The position numbers and the translations under genes are program-made. Below are positions 10,732 through 25,575 of a DNA stretch of 64,000 bases, piece by piece. Source of the DNA: Eledone cirrhosa (taxonomy: Eukaryota); contig OZ024741.1 of NCBI GenBank assembly GCA_964016885.1, positions 282,162,001 through 282,226,000 on the forward strand, read 5' to 3'. A model generated the notes under the pieces. It ran no database searches and had not been told where the DNA came from. It saw only the letters and a program-made list of their open reading frames with translations. Within the stretch, counting starts at the first letter, position 1. The number at the start of each line of letters is the position of its first letter.

Positions 10732-13700
10732 GAGGGATCAGATGTTGTTTACTCGAGAGAAGGCTACGTTGGTACGGTCACGTGATGCGCATGAAAGACG
10801 ACAGCTGTATAACAAAGTGCAGGGCAATAAAGATAGACGGTAGCCACGGAGTAGGCAGACCCAGAAAAACATGGGACGAGCTGATAAATTCCGACCTCAC
10901 ACGCTTACACCTCTCCAAGACAATGTCACTGGACCGAGACCTTTGGCGGTACTCAGTAATAGAGAAGACCCGCCTTACCTAAATACAAAGTAAAAACCTA
11001 CTACAGTCAGTAGGCACCTCTATCAAAACACACCCCCGTCCCACCACCTCCACCCCACCCACACCGCCCCTTTCAATGTAAAGTTATGTTGGTCCCACAA
11101 CATCCAGGCCGAAACAAATGAGATCGTGTAGGTGTCACGACAAAAAACACACAATCCACGCTGTAAATGTGGCCGTGTAGGCAACACGGTAAAAACCTCC
11201 CAGCCCCACACTGTAAATGTGGTTGGTGTTAGGAAGGGCATCCAGCTGTAGAAAACCAGCCAGACAGTCCACGCTGTAATGTGGCCGTGTAGGCAACACG
11301 GTAAAAACCTCCCAGCCCCACACTGTAAATGTGGTTGGTGTTAGGAAGGGCATCCAACTGTAGAAAACCCGCCAGACAGTCCTATGCGAGCAAGACAACC
11401 ACTCTTGCCTCAAGTGGGAAAACCCCCGTCCAAACCCATGCAAGCGTGGAACACGGACGCTAAACCTGATGATGATGATGATGATGATGATATAAGCGTG
11501 TGTGTATGTGTGTGTATATGTATGTGTGTATTTTTATGAGTGTATGCAAATAGCCATCTTACTTTTCTCTAGGTTAGCAACTCCGCTATCAACACTGCCA
11601 CCTTTTCCATCTTTGTCACAGTAAGGGGGTCCATAGCCTGCATCACAATGGCAATTCCCACGGCTATTGCACACCTAGAAAACAAAGAAACCACAAATTT
11701 ATTAATCCTTTCATTACCATATTTCTAAGTCAAGTGACTGAGCATTCCATAGACATGTGTACCCTTAATGCAATTCTCTGGGAGATTTAGCATGACAGTG
11801 TGTGAAAAGGTCCACACTACATCATTTCAAACCTTTGAATTACAAGTAGAACTAATTTGTTTTCAAGCTGAGTTGACTGGAGCAATGTGAAATAAAGTAT
11901 CTTGCTTAAGGACACAATGTGAAATAAAGTGCTTTGCTTAATGACATAATGTGTTACAGGGAGTCAAACTTATAACCTTGTGACCATACTCTGAACACTC
12001 TAATGAGTAAGCCAGAGAGGCACCTTTACTAGTACTAAAGTATTAGTCATGTAATGAGGATGCTCTTATCCAGGGTTTCTCAAAGTGTCGGTTGTGACTC
12101 CTCCAGTGGTCACAGAGAATTCTTTATGTTAAATAATTAGAAGGGACTCTGTGAAACTTTAAGTTAACCCTGGTTATGAGGATGTAAACAACAGTACAGA
12201 GACTTTTGATGAGCATTGATATTTTAGAAAAAATAAATCAACATCCAGCTCATTAACTAGACATATTCTTTATTTCTTTTATTGGTTTCAGTCATTAGTC
12301 TGTGGCCATGCTGGGGCATTGCCTTGACTTAGTTGATCATATCTGGTACTTATTTTATTTTTCAAACTTATACAGTCAAGTCCGCTTAAGAGTATATCGG
12401 ATAAGAGTATAGTCCGCTTAAGAGTATAGCATAATCAATTCCTGAATTTATGCACTATGTTTTGTACAGTGCATGGGTCTGCTTAAGAGTATATCGCATA
12501 AGAGTATAGCATAATCAATTCCCGTTTATATATTTTCTATATAATTTAGTCCGAATAAGAGTATAGTGAATATGGTAAAGTAAATTGGGCTTATAATGTA
12601 ACATAACCATTTTAAAACAATTCAAAATGAAATGCGATGATATCATTTATACAACCATTCTAAAAGCAATTTAAAGTTTAATATATGCAAATACATTTTG
12701 TCATAAAAATGTCTTTGAAACGCTCTGCTTTACCCATTACTCAAAGGTTAGTATGTATTATTTTTATATTTATAATATGAATGTGCATAGGTACCTAACA
12801 TAACTTTAATCATTTATCAATATTTTAGATCTTTGGAAAAGAAGGAATAAATGCTTTGTTGACTGTACGGTCCTATATGCAGAGCCGTCTTAACGCATGG
12901 GCACGTTGGGCAGTTGCCCGGGGGCCCCACGAGGATAGGGGGCCCCAGTGCTCTGCTTTGCCCGGGGGCCTATAATGCTGTTAAGATGGCCCTATATGAT
13001 GCAATCGTTTGAAAAGTTTGAAAATTATACTCTGTCTGAGATCGAAGGAAATGATTGAAAAATAAATTGGGAGCAATCGAGTGCAAAAAAGCATTTTGGA
13101 CTATTTTTAGGAAATAAAAATTGCATACCAATATGTTGAAATATTGCTTAATTTATCTATAATTTGCAATAATTCTTGTTGAATTTTTTGGTGTAACTTT
13201 CATTTTTTTACTTATAAATGCATTTTAAACAAAAATAAAGCGATTTTTAATCATTGAAAAACTCAAAATAATAATACTATGGAATATTTTTACTTAGTCC
13301 GGATAAGAGTATAGTTCGGTTAAGAGTATACTCTTTTCCATTCCCGAGGGTATACTCTTAAGTGGACTCGACTGTATATATATATAATTTTATTTCTGTA
13401 TTTACACTATACTACGGAACCCGGGCTATTTGTTCATGCACCACCCTGTAGAAGATACTTGTTCTACGCAATGGGACTAAACCTAGACCTCTGTGGTTGG
13501 AAAGCAAGCTCCTTAACCACACAGCCTTAACTGTGTCTGTGGCTATTTTTAGTTTTATATTTTAAATAAGTATCTATGTCATACTTACTCCATGTCCATT
13601 GCATCCTTTGGGACAATCAGGGAATCCTAATTTCTGTAGGGGTCTGCACTTTTGTTCAACACAAATCTAATTAGGGATACAACAAAAATATGTGAAAAAA

Positions 13701-16523
13701 AAAGATAAATGAAGTGTTACAATATTAATTGTGAAATGATGGTGGTGGTGGTGTTGATTGGTGATGGTGATGGTGGTGGTAGCGATGGTGGTGGTTGTGA
13801 TGGTGGTGTTGGTGGTGTTGATTGGTGATGGTGGTGGTGAGGAGGATGAGGAAGAAGAAATAGTAAATTTTGAGAATGGTGAAATTGTAGTGAGAATAAT
13901 ATAGAATCCATGCCAGTAGCGAAAGCAGACATAAAATGATAATCATGATGATGATTATGTGTTTGTATTTGAGTGTGTGTGTGTGTCATCATCATCATTT
14001 TATGTCCGCTTTTCCCTGCTTGCAAAGGTAGGATGGGTCTTATTCAGCACAGCATCTCTCCACTTGTCACGGTCCTTCGTTATCTCCACCGTGAGCTTCA
14101 GTGATCTGAGTCTATTCTCACCACCTCCACCCATGTTTTTCGTGGTCTTCCTCTACCACATCTTCCTTCAACTGGCATTTCCTGGCACTTCTACACCCAT
14201 CGGTCATCCTCCATGTGCATCACATGTCCATATCACCGCAGTCTCCTCTCTCGCACACTACATTCTATCCCTCTCAGACAGTTTCTCTCTCAACACATCC
14301 ATACTGGGTCGTTCACACACATTGACATTGCACATCCAAAGGAGCATGCTTGCCTCATTTCTCTCAAGCCGTCGCATATCCTCTGCAGTTGCTGCCCATG
14401 CCTCACTACCATGCAGCATCGCGCTCCTCACACAGGCATCATATAACCGGCCTTTCGTACGCAGGGAGAAACCCTTCTTCGTCAGCAGAGGAAGCAGCTC
14501 CCTAAACTTCTTCCAACACGTCCTTATTCTAGATACTATGGCCTCGGACCCCCCCCCCCCCCTCCCATGCTAATCTGATCTCCTAGGTACCGGAAGCTAT
14601 CCACCACTTCTATAGCACCTGCCTGCATTTGAAAAATGTGTCTATCAATGCGACTTCTACTGTCTCATTTCCCTGTACACCTACTGCATATGTAGTTTTC
14701 CCTACCTGTTAGTTTGCCTGCTATCCCACTACATCTCTTGTGTACCCAGGATCAGCATTGTGTGCATTTTATAGAATTTATGCCAGTTCCTTTTCTGCAT
14801 ATTGAACATGGCCATTTCCCTGACGGAATCAAAGTTTTGTCCTCTTTTCTACTCATCAACACTTTTGTCTTAGCTAGGTTCACTCTCAGTCCTCTTGCTT
14901 CCAACTGCTGTTTCCATAGCCAAAATTTATTCTCTAGCTCCTCTACTGATTCTGCTATAAGAACCAGATAGTCAGCATAGAGAAGTTCCCATGAGAATTA
15001 ACAATGAATATTGTGAAGAATTTAGTGTGAAAGTTGGCATTCATCAAGGCTCTGTCCTTAGCTCCCTCTTATTTATTATTGCCCTTCAGGATATAACAGA
15101 GGAGTTCAAGACTGGCTGCCCATGGGAACTCCTATACGCAAATGATCTAATGCTCATAGCTGAATCAATGGCTGAACTAGAGAAGAAATTCGAAACATGG
15201 AAGCATGGCCTAGAATCAAAAGGCCTTAAAGTTAACTTGTCTAAGACTAAAGTTCTAGTTTGTAGAAAGGAAAATAGGGCACAGGTGCCTTCAGGGAAAT
15301 GGCCATGCTCAGTGTGTAGGAAAGGAGTAGGCAGAAATTCCATTTTATGTCCCAAATGCAAAGTATGGGTTCATAAAAGATGTAGTGGGATCACAGGTAA
15401 ACTATCTAAGAACGTAGACTTTATATGTGGCCAATGCTCAGGTGCAGTAAGTAGCAAGTACCCAGATGGTTCTATAGAAATAGTAGACACTTTCCGTTAC
15501 CTGGGTGACGAAATCAGCAGTGGTGGAGGGTGTTCTGAAAGTACAGTAGCCAGAGTCAGAACGGGATGGAAAAAGTTCAGAGAGCTTATACCGCTGTTGG
15601 CCACAAAAGGTTTCTCTCTAAAAATGAAAGGCAGATTGTATGATGCCTGTATACGAACAGCAATGCTACATGGCAGTGAGACCTGGGCATTACGTGCAGA
15701 GGACCTGCACAGACTGGAAAGGAATGAAGCATGCATGCTCCGTTGGATGTGTAATAGTAATATACGTGAACGGCAAAGCATAAATGAACTAAGTGAGAAA
15801 TTAGGAATAAGAGGGATCAGATGCTGTTTACTTGAGAGAAGACTACGTTGGTATGGTCACGTGATGCACATGAAAGATGACAGCTGCATAAAAAAGTGCA
15901 GGGCGATCAAAATTGATGGTAGTTACGGAGTAGGTAGACCCAGAAAAACCTGGGATGATTTGATAAATTCCAACCTCACACACTTTCATCTCTCTAAGAC
16001 AATGTTTCTGGACCGAGATCTTTGGCGCTACGCAGTAATACAGAAGACCCGCCTTGCCTATGTACAAAGCGAAACCTACAGTCAGTAGGCACCTCTTAAC
16101 CAAATATACACCCCATACACTACCCTTACCCTATCCTCCCACTCCCACCAACCGCACGAGAAAATGAGATCGAGATCGTGTAGGTGTCACTACAAAAAAA
16201 AACACACAGTCCACGCTGTAATGTGGCCGTGTAGGTAACATGGTAAAAAGTTCCCAGTTCCACACTGTAAATGTGGTTGGTGTTAGGAAGGGCATCCAGC
16301 CGTAGAAAATCTGCCAGATAGTCCTATATGAGTGAGACACGGTCACCCGACCAGCCTTGCCTTAAGTGGGACAATTCTCGCCTAACCCATGCTAGCGTGG
16401 AAAATGAACGTTAAACGAAGATGATGATATATATATATATATACACAAATACATACACACACACACCATCATCATCCTTTTTATGTTTTTTATTTCATGC
16501 TTGCATGGGCTGGACACATATGT

Positions 16524-16560
<37 letters not shown>

Positions 16561-19500
16561 ATAAATGAATATAGAGTCCACTTAGATTCTGGAGATTTTT
16601 TATTTCATATTTCATTTTTAGTGAACTTACTTTATCATCTCCACATTTAGAGCCATCAGGCACTAATCCAGGATCTTGCATTTGGAGACCTACATCCAGA
16701 ATGACTGCCCGACAGACTTCCTTTCTAGAACCAGAATTTATAAATGTCGTTGGAAATTTTTTGGCCAGGTTATCCTTCCAGAACATGAGTTTTTCATTTT
16801 TGTGAATGCAATGAAGCATGCCACAGCGAACATCTCTGGAAATAGAAACATGAAATGATTGAAATAAAGAAAATAATAACAAAATGAAATAAAAGGAATA
16901 CAGAATTTGAATCTTAACTCTTAACATCCTGTAATGATTGAGTAGAAAATATCTAAAAACACGTTTGTTAATTCAAATGTTTGTAGTATCTTTACTAGTG
17001 GACAGATCATTGTCAAAAATTTGTAGTTCTAAATTAAAGAAACTAATTTTTAATGTGATATAGTCATAGAGCTCTTTTATACCTTTCAAGAGTGTCATGC
17101 TAGTGTGGTTTCATGTGGTGTCTGAATTCAAATGTTGATTGTATCTAAACTAGAGGATAGATCATTGTAAACATTTGCAGTATTATCTCCTAACACTCTA
17201 TAAACATTTAGCAGAAAAAAAAAATGATTAAAAATTAAGTTTGCTAAATCAAATGGTTGTAGTATCTTCCCTAGTGGACAGATCATTGTAAAAATTAAAA
17301 TGTGATGCAGTCATAGTGCTGTTTTGTAACTTTTCAAGAACATCATACAGTACAGGATATTAAGAGTTAAAATCCAAAGTTTAGCACAAAATTGAGGTCA
17401 ACTTACTTCAGCGCACATGCCCGGTATTTATCAGTGTTCCAATTGAAGCCACAGTTACCGCTGACATTGCCAATTACATTATTAGCTGTGAAACAAATAT
17501 CATTTGATACTTTTCCAGTATGTCCCCATAGCAGCTGACACTGTTTGGTGTGAGTATTGCAGTTTCCTTTGTAACAATATGACTGAAAAATATAAGTAGT
17601 AATAATAAACATCATATTGACAAGGAGCAGGATGACAGCTACATAAAACGGTGCAGAGCACTAGAAGTTGATGGAAGCCACAGAGTGGGGAGACCCAGGA
17701 AGACCTGGGATGAGGTGATAAAAGCCGACCTTACCCAATTACACCTCTTAAAGGCGATGACACACAACCGTGACCTCTGGCGTCACGCAGTAATACAAGC
17801 GAGTACAAGCCGAAGCTGAAGCATATAGACAATATGCCCCCACCTCCTACCACTGCAAAGTGGTCATGGCGGTGCCATGGCAAAAAAGTACCCAGCCCAC
17901 ACTGTAAACTGGACGTGTAGGCACCACGGAAAAAAGCACCCAACACTCATTGTAAATGAGGTTGGTGTTAGGAAGGGCATCCAGCTGTAGAAATCAAGCC
18001 AGAATCAGTTCCCGTATGAGCAAGACACGGTCAGCCGACTGGACACTGCCCACAACAGGACAGCCCGTCTAACCCATGCCAGTGTGGAAGAATGGACGTA
18101 ATAGGGTGTTGATGATGATGAGGCTAGTCCGCACTGTAGGATCTGTGGAGAGAAAGAGGAAACTGTGGCACACATTGTATCCAAGTGTAAACACATGCCC
18201 ATACTGATGGTAAAGGATGCAGGCATGATATAGAAAAAGTGATTCACTGGCATTTATGCCAACTAAATAATTTACTCCACTCTAGGAAGTGGTATGAACA
18301 TAATCCAGAGCTGGTGATAGAAAACGATTGAGTTAAGGTGCTGTGGGATTTGAGGATACAAACAGATAAAAAATTAGAATACAATAGGCCTGACCTGGTG
18401 GTTTTTGTCAAGGAAAAAAGATCTTGCCTGATTATAGATATAGCTTGCCCCTTTGACACATGAGTGCAAGAAAAGAAGATTAACTGGTACCAGGTTCTAA
18501 AGTGAGAACTGAAATGGATTTGGGACTGTCATGAGATCAAGGTTGCTCCCATCATTATAGGAACACTAGGGAATATCTTAAAGAGTTTCCAAGGCTGGTT
18601 AAAGAACATTAGCTCAGCCTCCATTTTTAGAACACTTCAAAAGGCATGCCTACTGTTAATAGCAAGGACCTTCCGATATATCGTGAATATCTGAGGCTGC
18701 AGGTAGCAGCTTGATGTTCATTTAGGCAAATTTTTTGGTTAAATAATATCAATGACTGAGATATCAAATTTATAATAATAATTTCTGATTTTAGGCACAA
18801 GGTCAGCGATTTTGGGGGAGGAGAAAGTCGACTAAATCGACCCTAGTACATTACTGGTACTTTATTTTATTGACCCCATAAGGATGAAAGGCAAAGCTAA
18901 CATAGGAATAATTTGAATATAAAGGGTCATAACTCTATGCTGCAAAGCATGTCTGACGCTGTACCGATACAGCCATAATAATAATAGTAACAATAACAAC
19001 AACAATGATTTATACTATAGGTACAAGGCCAGCGATATTTTGGGGAATGGAAAGTTGATTACATTGACCCCAGTGCATTACTGATACTTTATTTTATCGA
19101 CCCTGTAAGGATGAAAGGCAAAGCTAATCTCAGCGGGATTTGAACTCAGAATGTAAAAGGCCAAAACTCTATGCTGTAAAGCATGGTGTCTGACGCTCTA
19201 CCGATTCTGCCAAGCCCTCATATGATAAACAGGGTTATTGCAAAAACATAATACAATATATTGAAATTATTATCATCATTATTTAAAGTCCACTTTTCCT
19301 GCTAGCAAGGGTTGGACAGGTCTTCATCAGTCCTGAAGTGGGGTTACTGACCTCCCAGATAGCCTGGAGTTTCGATCTCACATACGATTTGGTATTTTAC
19401 CAAGTGCAGTTAATAGTGGCACCACCATTAGAGATGTTGTCATGTCTTTGACACAACTGGAGAATCTTCTCAACCCTTTGTTTAGCAAGCTTTTTATGAC

Positions 19501-22500
19501 TTGATACCCTTCCTATCACCAACCACTTTACAGCATGTACTGGATGCATTTATCATGTCTTTTCTAACACAGCTCCCCTCGACCTACTGCATTTTTTCGT
19601 CATCCCATCTGTCTTGTCTAGATCTTCCTTGGGTTTCCTCTACTGCAGCTTCCTGTCACTTCTTCACCCCAAAATCATCTTCCATATGTATCATATGTCC
19701 ATACTTTCTTCTCATACCCAGTTTTTCTTTCAGTTACCCATACTTGGCTGTTCATACATATCAACATTACACATTGGGAATGTTTTAAAGCATGAGATAG
19801 TATTGATCCCCTTTTCATACCATTACAAACATTAGATTAATAACCTAAAACAACGAAAATAACGCTTCAAAAAAAAAAAAAAAATGTCCGAGTTACCCCC
19901 CATTAAAATACTTTTATTTATTTTTTTTATATCCTTATATTGTGAAATAGGGATAGACAATTGTCAGTCGTTAAAACGAGAGAGAAAATACTTTGCAGTA
20001 TTTGTTTCAATTCTCTGCCCTCTAAGTTCAAATCCCGCCAAGGCCAACTTTGCCTTTCACCCTTTCAGAGGCTTTAAAAGAAGTACCAGTCAAGTACTGG
20101 AGTCAATACTTTCTCTATCATCATCAACATCATCATTATCATTCAACGTCCATTTTCCATGCTAGCATGGGTTAGACGGGTTTTCCCATTTGAGGCAAGT
20201 GAATAGGAGAGAAGATAGGGCCCCGATCCCTTCAGGGAAGTGGCCCTGCTCAATATGTAGAAAATGAGTAGGCATAAACTCCATATGGTGTAGAGATGTA
20301 GTGGGATAAAAGGGAAAGGAAGACTTTGTATATAGATGTACAAAAGTAATTGAGGGGAAGAACATTAGTGATATAAACCTCTTCAAGTCACAGGAAGGGT
20401 CCGTAGAAGTGGTTGATAGCTTCTGCTATCTAGGTGACTTAATTAGCAATGGAGGAGGCTGCTCTGAGAACAAAAGCTAGAATAAGGATAGGATGGAAAA
20501 AGGTTAGAGAACTACTCCCACTGTTAACAAAAGATTTCCCCTACATACAAAAGGATGACTGTTTGACACCTGTGTGTGAAGTGCAATGCTGCAGGGTAGT
20601 GAAACATGGGCTGAGACTGTAAAGCACATGTGTAGAGTGAAGAGAAACGAAGCAACCGTGCTTCATTAGATGTGCAAGTGTGAAAGAAAGGTAAAGCTTG
20701 GACAAGCTGAGGGGAGAACTGGGTTAAAGAGGAATCCAAAGTGGTGTGCAGGAGAGAAAACTGTGTTGGTACAGGCATGTGATGTACATGGATGATGATT
20801 GTTAGGTGAAGAAGTGCCAGGAAATGCCAGTGGAAGGAAGCCACAGTAGAGGTAGAACGAAAAGGACCTGGGAAACATGGTGAGAGCTGACATCAAATCG
20901 CTGAGACTTACTGAGGAGATGACAAAGAAACACAAGTGGAGAGATGCTATGCTGAGAACCCATGCAAGAGAGGAAAAATGGATGTAAAAACTATGATAAT
21001 GATGGACTAGAACTATCTCCTGCAGCTTCTGTCTGAAGACAAACAAAATATGTCACTTACCACTCCTCCTGAACATGGAGAGCCATTGTGAATAAATACA
21101 TTCTCTGGACAATATTCATTTTTGCCTGTACAGTATTCGTCTAAGTCACACTCTCCTTCTACAGGCCGACACACAGTACCAGGGGGTTGTAGCTGAAATG
21201 AGACAATATAAAGATAGAACTAATTCAATTGCTCTATTCAGAGTTTGTATCCTTTCAGTGAATAAGCATCATATTAAATGAAAATATATTACAGAGTGTA
21301 ATATGTCAGTGTAAGGTGGTATCATTTGCATATCATACATATAATTTTCCCTTTTTTATACATTTGTGTATGTGGTGAATTGGCAGAGTCATTAAAATGT
21401 CAGCTAGTATTCTTTGCAGCATTTGTTTCAATTCTCTGCTCTCTGAGTTCAAATCCTGCAATTTTTCCACTGTGTCTCCTCTTCACTTCCATTCTCTCCC
21501 CTTTTTACCCTTCTCTGGAAGAAAACCTGGAGAGTGATAGGCTATGCCAGGTTTAAAAATGCCCTAGAAATGCTGTATGTCAATATGGCACCCCTACAAT
21601 CCCCTTGAGAGTTATGGGGGAAAAAAAGAGAAAAAGGATACATTTGTGAAATATACTCCTTGTGAAAGAATGTTTGCTCAGAAAGTTTATGTAAAACTAG
21701 CAGAAATACTACCCTCCAAGAGATTTTCTGCTACAATGTGTGTGTTTGTGTGCGTGCATGTGTGTGTGTCTGTGTTTGTGTGTGTGAATGTGTGCATGCA
21801 TATATACGTTTTTCATAACATATCTATTATTGTACACAAATGTATGAAAAAGGGATACTACATACTGATGAATTTTTTCTTGCAGTATATTTAATTTAAT
21901 ATGACATTTATTCACTACAAGATGGTGACTCACTACTAAATTAAGCAAAGATGGGATATGAACCAGTAAATAAGCAGAGACGTGATAGAAAGAGTCCAGC
22001 GCAACACCTTGGATGAGGTTACACACTGTACTGATTTTTTTAATAAAGCAATTTTTCGTTTATTGACTCTTTGGTACTTCATAGTTCCTATTCAAGGAAA
22101 AGTAGCAAATTGCTTATAAATTATGACATTAAAATGATATAAATTTGCAATTACATATTTGATTTTGCTGTTTATACTTTAACTCTTTCAAAACCAACCC
22201 AACTTTACACACACATGCATGTGTGTGTGTATATCATGACTCATACACTGTTTACTTTCCTGACATTTGTACATTATTCTATGTACTATATATGCATCTT
22301 TGATGAGTTGTAGTGCATCTGAGCACTGTACACAATAATTTTCCTCATTATTATGGATTGGCAGTATCGGTAGAGGGTCGGACACCATGCTTTCCAGCAT
22401 AGTTACGTCCCTTTACAGTCTGAGTTCAAATCCCGCTGAGGTTAACTTTGCCTTTCATCCTTACGGGGTCGATAAAATAAAGTACCAGTAATGTACTGGG

Positions 22501-25437
22501 ATAATTTCTGGCCTTGTGCCAAAAGTAGAAACAATTATTATTATTATTATAAAACCATCTCTGATTATATAAAACATAAACCATCCATTTTAAAAGTTTA
22601 CTATTTAAATTAAAATTTTTCAACATAATTTTATATAAGAACCATATATTAAGTTACTATCTTAGTAATGAAATAATTAATGATTTTAGTAAATTTCTCA
22701 GCTATTTTCCTAAAAATATAGTGCCAAAAAGAGTTAACATTTTGTAATAAGGAGTATCCATGAATGTTTTTTGAGATGGAAAATGGGAATTATTTGAATG
22801 TAGAATAAACTAATTTATAGTAGCAAACATTCCACAGTTACTATCTTATGCACTATATATATAATGCAATTAACTCACCTGACATGTTGTGAGATCACAA
22901 CATTTCCCTGTTGCACAGACAGCATTACCTTTCAGTTTACAGGTTGTAGGATCACAGCATTTGTTGTCGCACACCTGGATTAAATGAGAACAAACTTCAT
23001 AAGGTTTACGGTTACACACATATTTGTGTTTGTATGTATATATATGTGTGTGCGTATGTGAAGGTGTGTGGCTAAGTGGTTTAGAGAGTTGAATTTACAA
23101 TTGTGAGGTTGTGAGTTCGATTCCCTGATTGGGCAATGCGTTGAGTCCTTGAGCAAGACACTTTATTTCACATTGCTCCAGTTGCCTTAGCTGCAGAAAT
23201 GAGTTGCAACATCATTGGTACCAAGCTTTATTGGACTTTGCCTTTCCCTTGGACAACATCAGCAGTGTGGAGAGGAGCGACTAGTATATATAGGCAACTG
23301 CTGGGCTTCCACAAAAATCTCATGGAAAAACGGATGTAAAACTGATGATGATGGTACATACACGTATAGATATATTTATACATATACATATATATACATA
23401 GTTTCATATATACACACACACACATAAATACATATGTTGATTACTATCGAACAGTATGGAATAATGGATTATGTAACACATTAAAACTTTCCAGTATTTA
23501 AGAAATGAATCATTGAAAATCATGAGTATCAGCAAATGTGTATTGTTTTCCTATTAACCCATATATATATATCACCTTGACTGACCAGTCTGTCGGGCGC
23601 CAATCGGTGACGCTGGTCACAGCACCTTGTGCTGTTTTAGCCATAAGATAACGCCTTCCCACTGACTGGGCGGGCAGGCCGGTACTCATTTCTACAGCTG
23701 AGTAAACTGGAGCAACGTGAAATAAAGTGTCTTGCTCAAGGAAACAACACATCACCCGGTTCGAGTATTGAACTCACAACCTTTCGATTGCAAGCCCAAT
23801 GCTTTAACCACTAAGCCATGCGCCTTCATATATATCATCATCATCATCATTTAACGTCCATCTTCCACGCTTGCATGGGTTTGGACGGGAGTTTTCCCAC
23901 TTGAGGCAAGAGTGGTTGTCTCGCTCGCATAGGACTGTTTGGCGGGTTTTCTACGGCGTAACGTAATCCACGATACATTAAAAAAAGACGATATTATATA
24001 TAAACTGCATTAGGAGAAAATTAGTGACGGAAATATATGAATGTTTATTTAAGCGATCGCTAACCGGAAGTGTTGACATTTGAAAATTTTAAAGAAGTGA
24101 ATCTTTAAATAAACAATAACATATTTAATCAACAGTTACGAAATTTAGTAGATAAATTATGTAATATTCATTCATTATTTATTCAAAGTAATCCAACTTA
24201 TTTTACTAATAGGATAAAAAATTATAAACCGTACGCAGTCCCGCACTCCTTACTTTATTATAGTTTAGATATACATATATATTTGTAGTTTACTTGAAGC
24301 ATTGTATATGGTATAAAGGAATTCAAAGTTTAAAAGCCACGACAATACAGGTTTAGATGGAGAATAATTAAATCGTAGGAAACAGGGCTTGTCTTTTTTT
24401 ACCTTACTTTATTCATATGTCCTCATATTTTGAGATTAATGTCTCTTCTTCCAAGGAAAATAAAGGAACTATTTCAGTGCATGATGTTAATCTCGAAATA
24501 TCAGGACATATGAATAAATTAAGGTAAAAAAAAGAAGCCCTGTTTCCTACGATTTAATAATTCTCTGTCCAAACACGCATTGTCATGGCTTTCAAACTTC
24601 AAATTTCTTTTTTTATATATATATATATATATATATCTGATTACATAAGAGAGTGTAACGCAGTCTTCATTCAATTTCTGTGGATATTGTCAATTACGAT
24701 TTTATTTGATGTATCATATCTACATGTATATATACTTGCGTATAATATCAATATACACACCACACATGCTAGCAGAAAACCACCCGAAGGTTGGTTTTTC
24801 TGCTAGTATATTTAATATAGAAATGAAGCCATTTCTATATTAAATATTTATACTCTGCTATGTATTGAGTACCTTACTTACTGTGTTTATCCTGATTGAA
24901 CCCGGGATAAACCTATATATATATATATAAATATATATATGTATGGAATTACAGTTTATGAGAGCAACCAAAGTTGTTTCAGTGGCCTCCAGCCATGACC
25001 CACTCACTCAATAATCTTGCGGTTGTGAAAATGCATCTCAATATTCAGAATGCATACATTATACAGGAAAAATTCCATTGTAACGTATACCATTATAACA
25101 AAATTCTTTTCAATCCCTGGCCACACGCTTGATGTGTTCGGTCAATCTCGTTATAAAAAATGTTATGTTACAATGAATCTTTTTTTATACCCCACGTATT
25201 CCTTTATAATGGAATTTCACTGTAGTTACTCAGTGAGTACAGTGGCAGTGTTTTGGTAAAGATACTTCACATATCTAATATATATGACCAGGCTTGCCTC
25301 AAGTGGGACAACTCCCGTCTAACCCATGCTAACGTGGAAAATGGATGTTAAACGAAGATGATGATGATGATCAGAAGATCCTGTCAGGGGTGAAAGCAGC
25401 GATTCTTTGCTTAAATTTTAATCTGTTATTTTAATAA

Positions 25438-25480
<43 letters not shown>

Positions 25481-25505
25481 TATAAATATATATATATATA
25501 AATAA

Positions 25506-25575
<70 letters not shown>

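Noticed and set aside
24317-24609. Hammerhead inside this inverted repeat (GAAAC..GTC present)
   Set aside because: No CUGANGA in either arm
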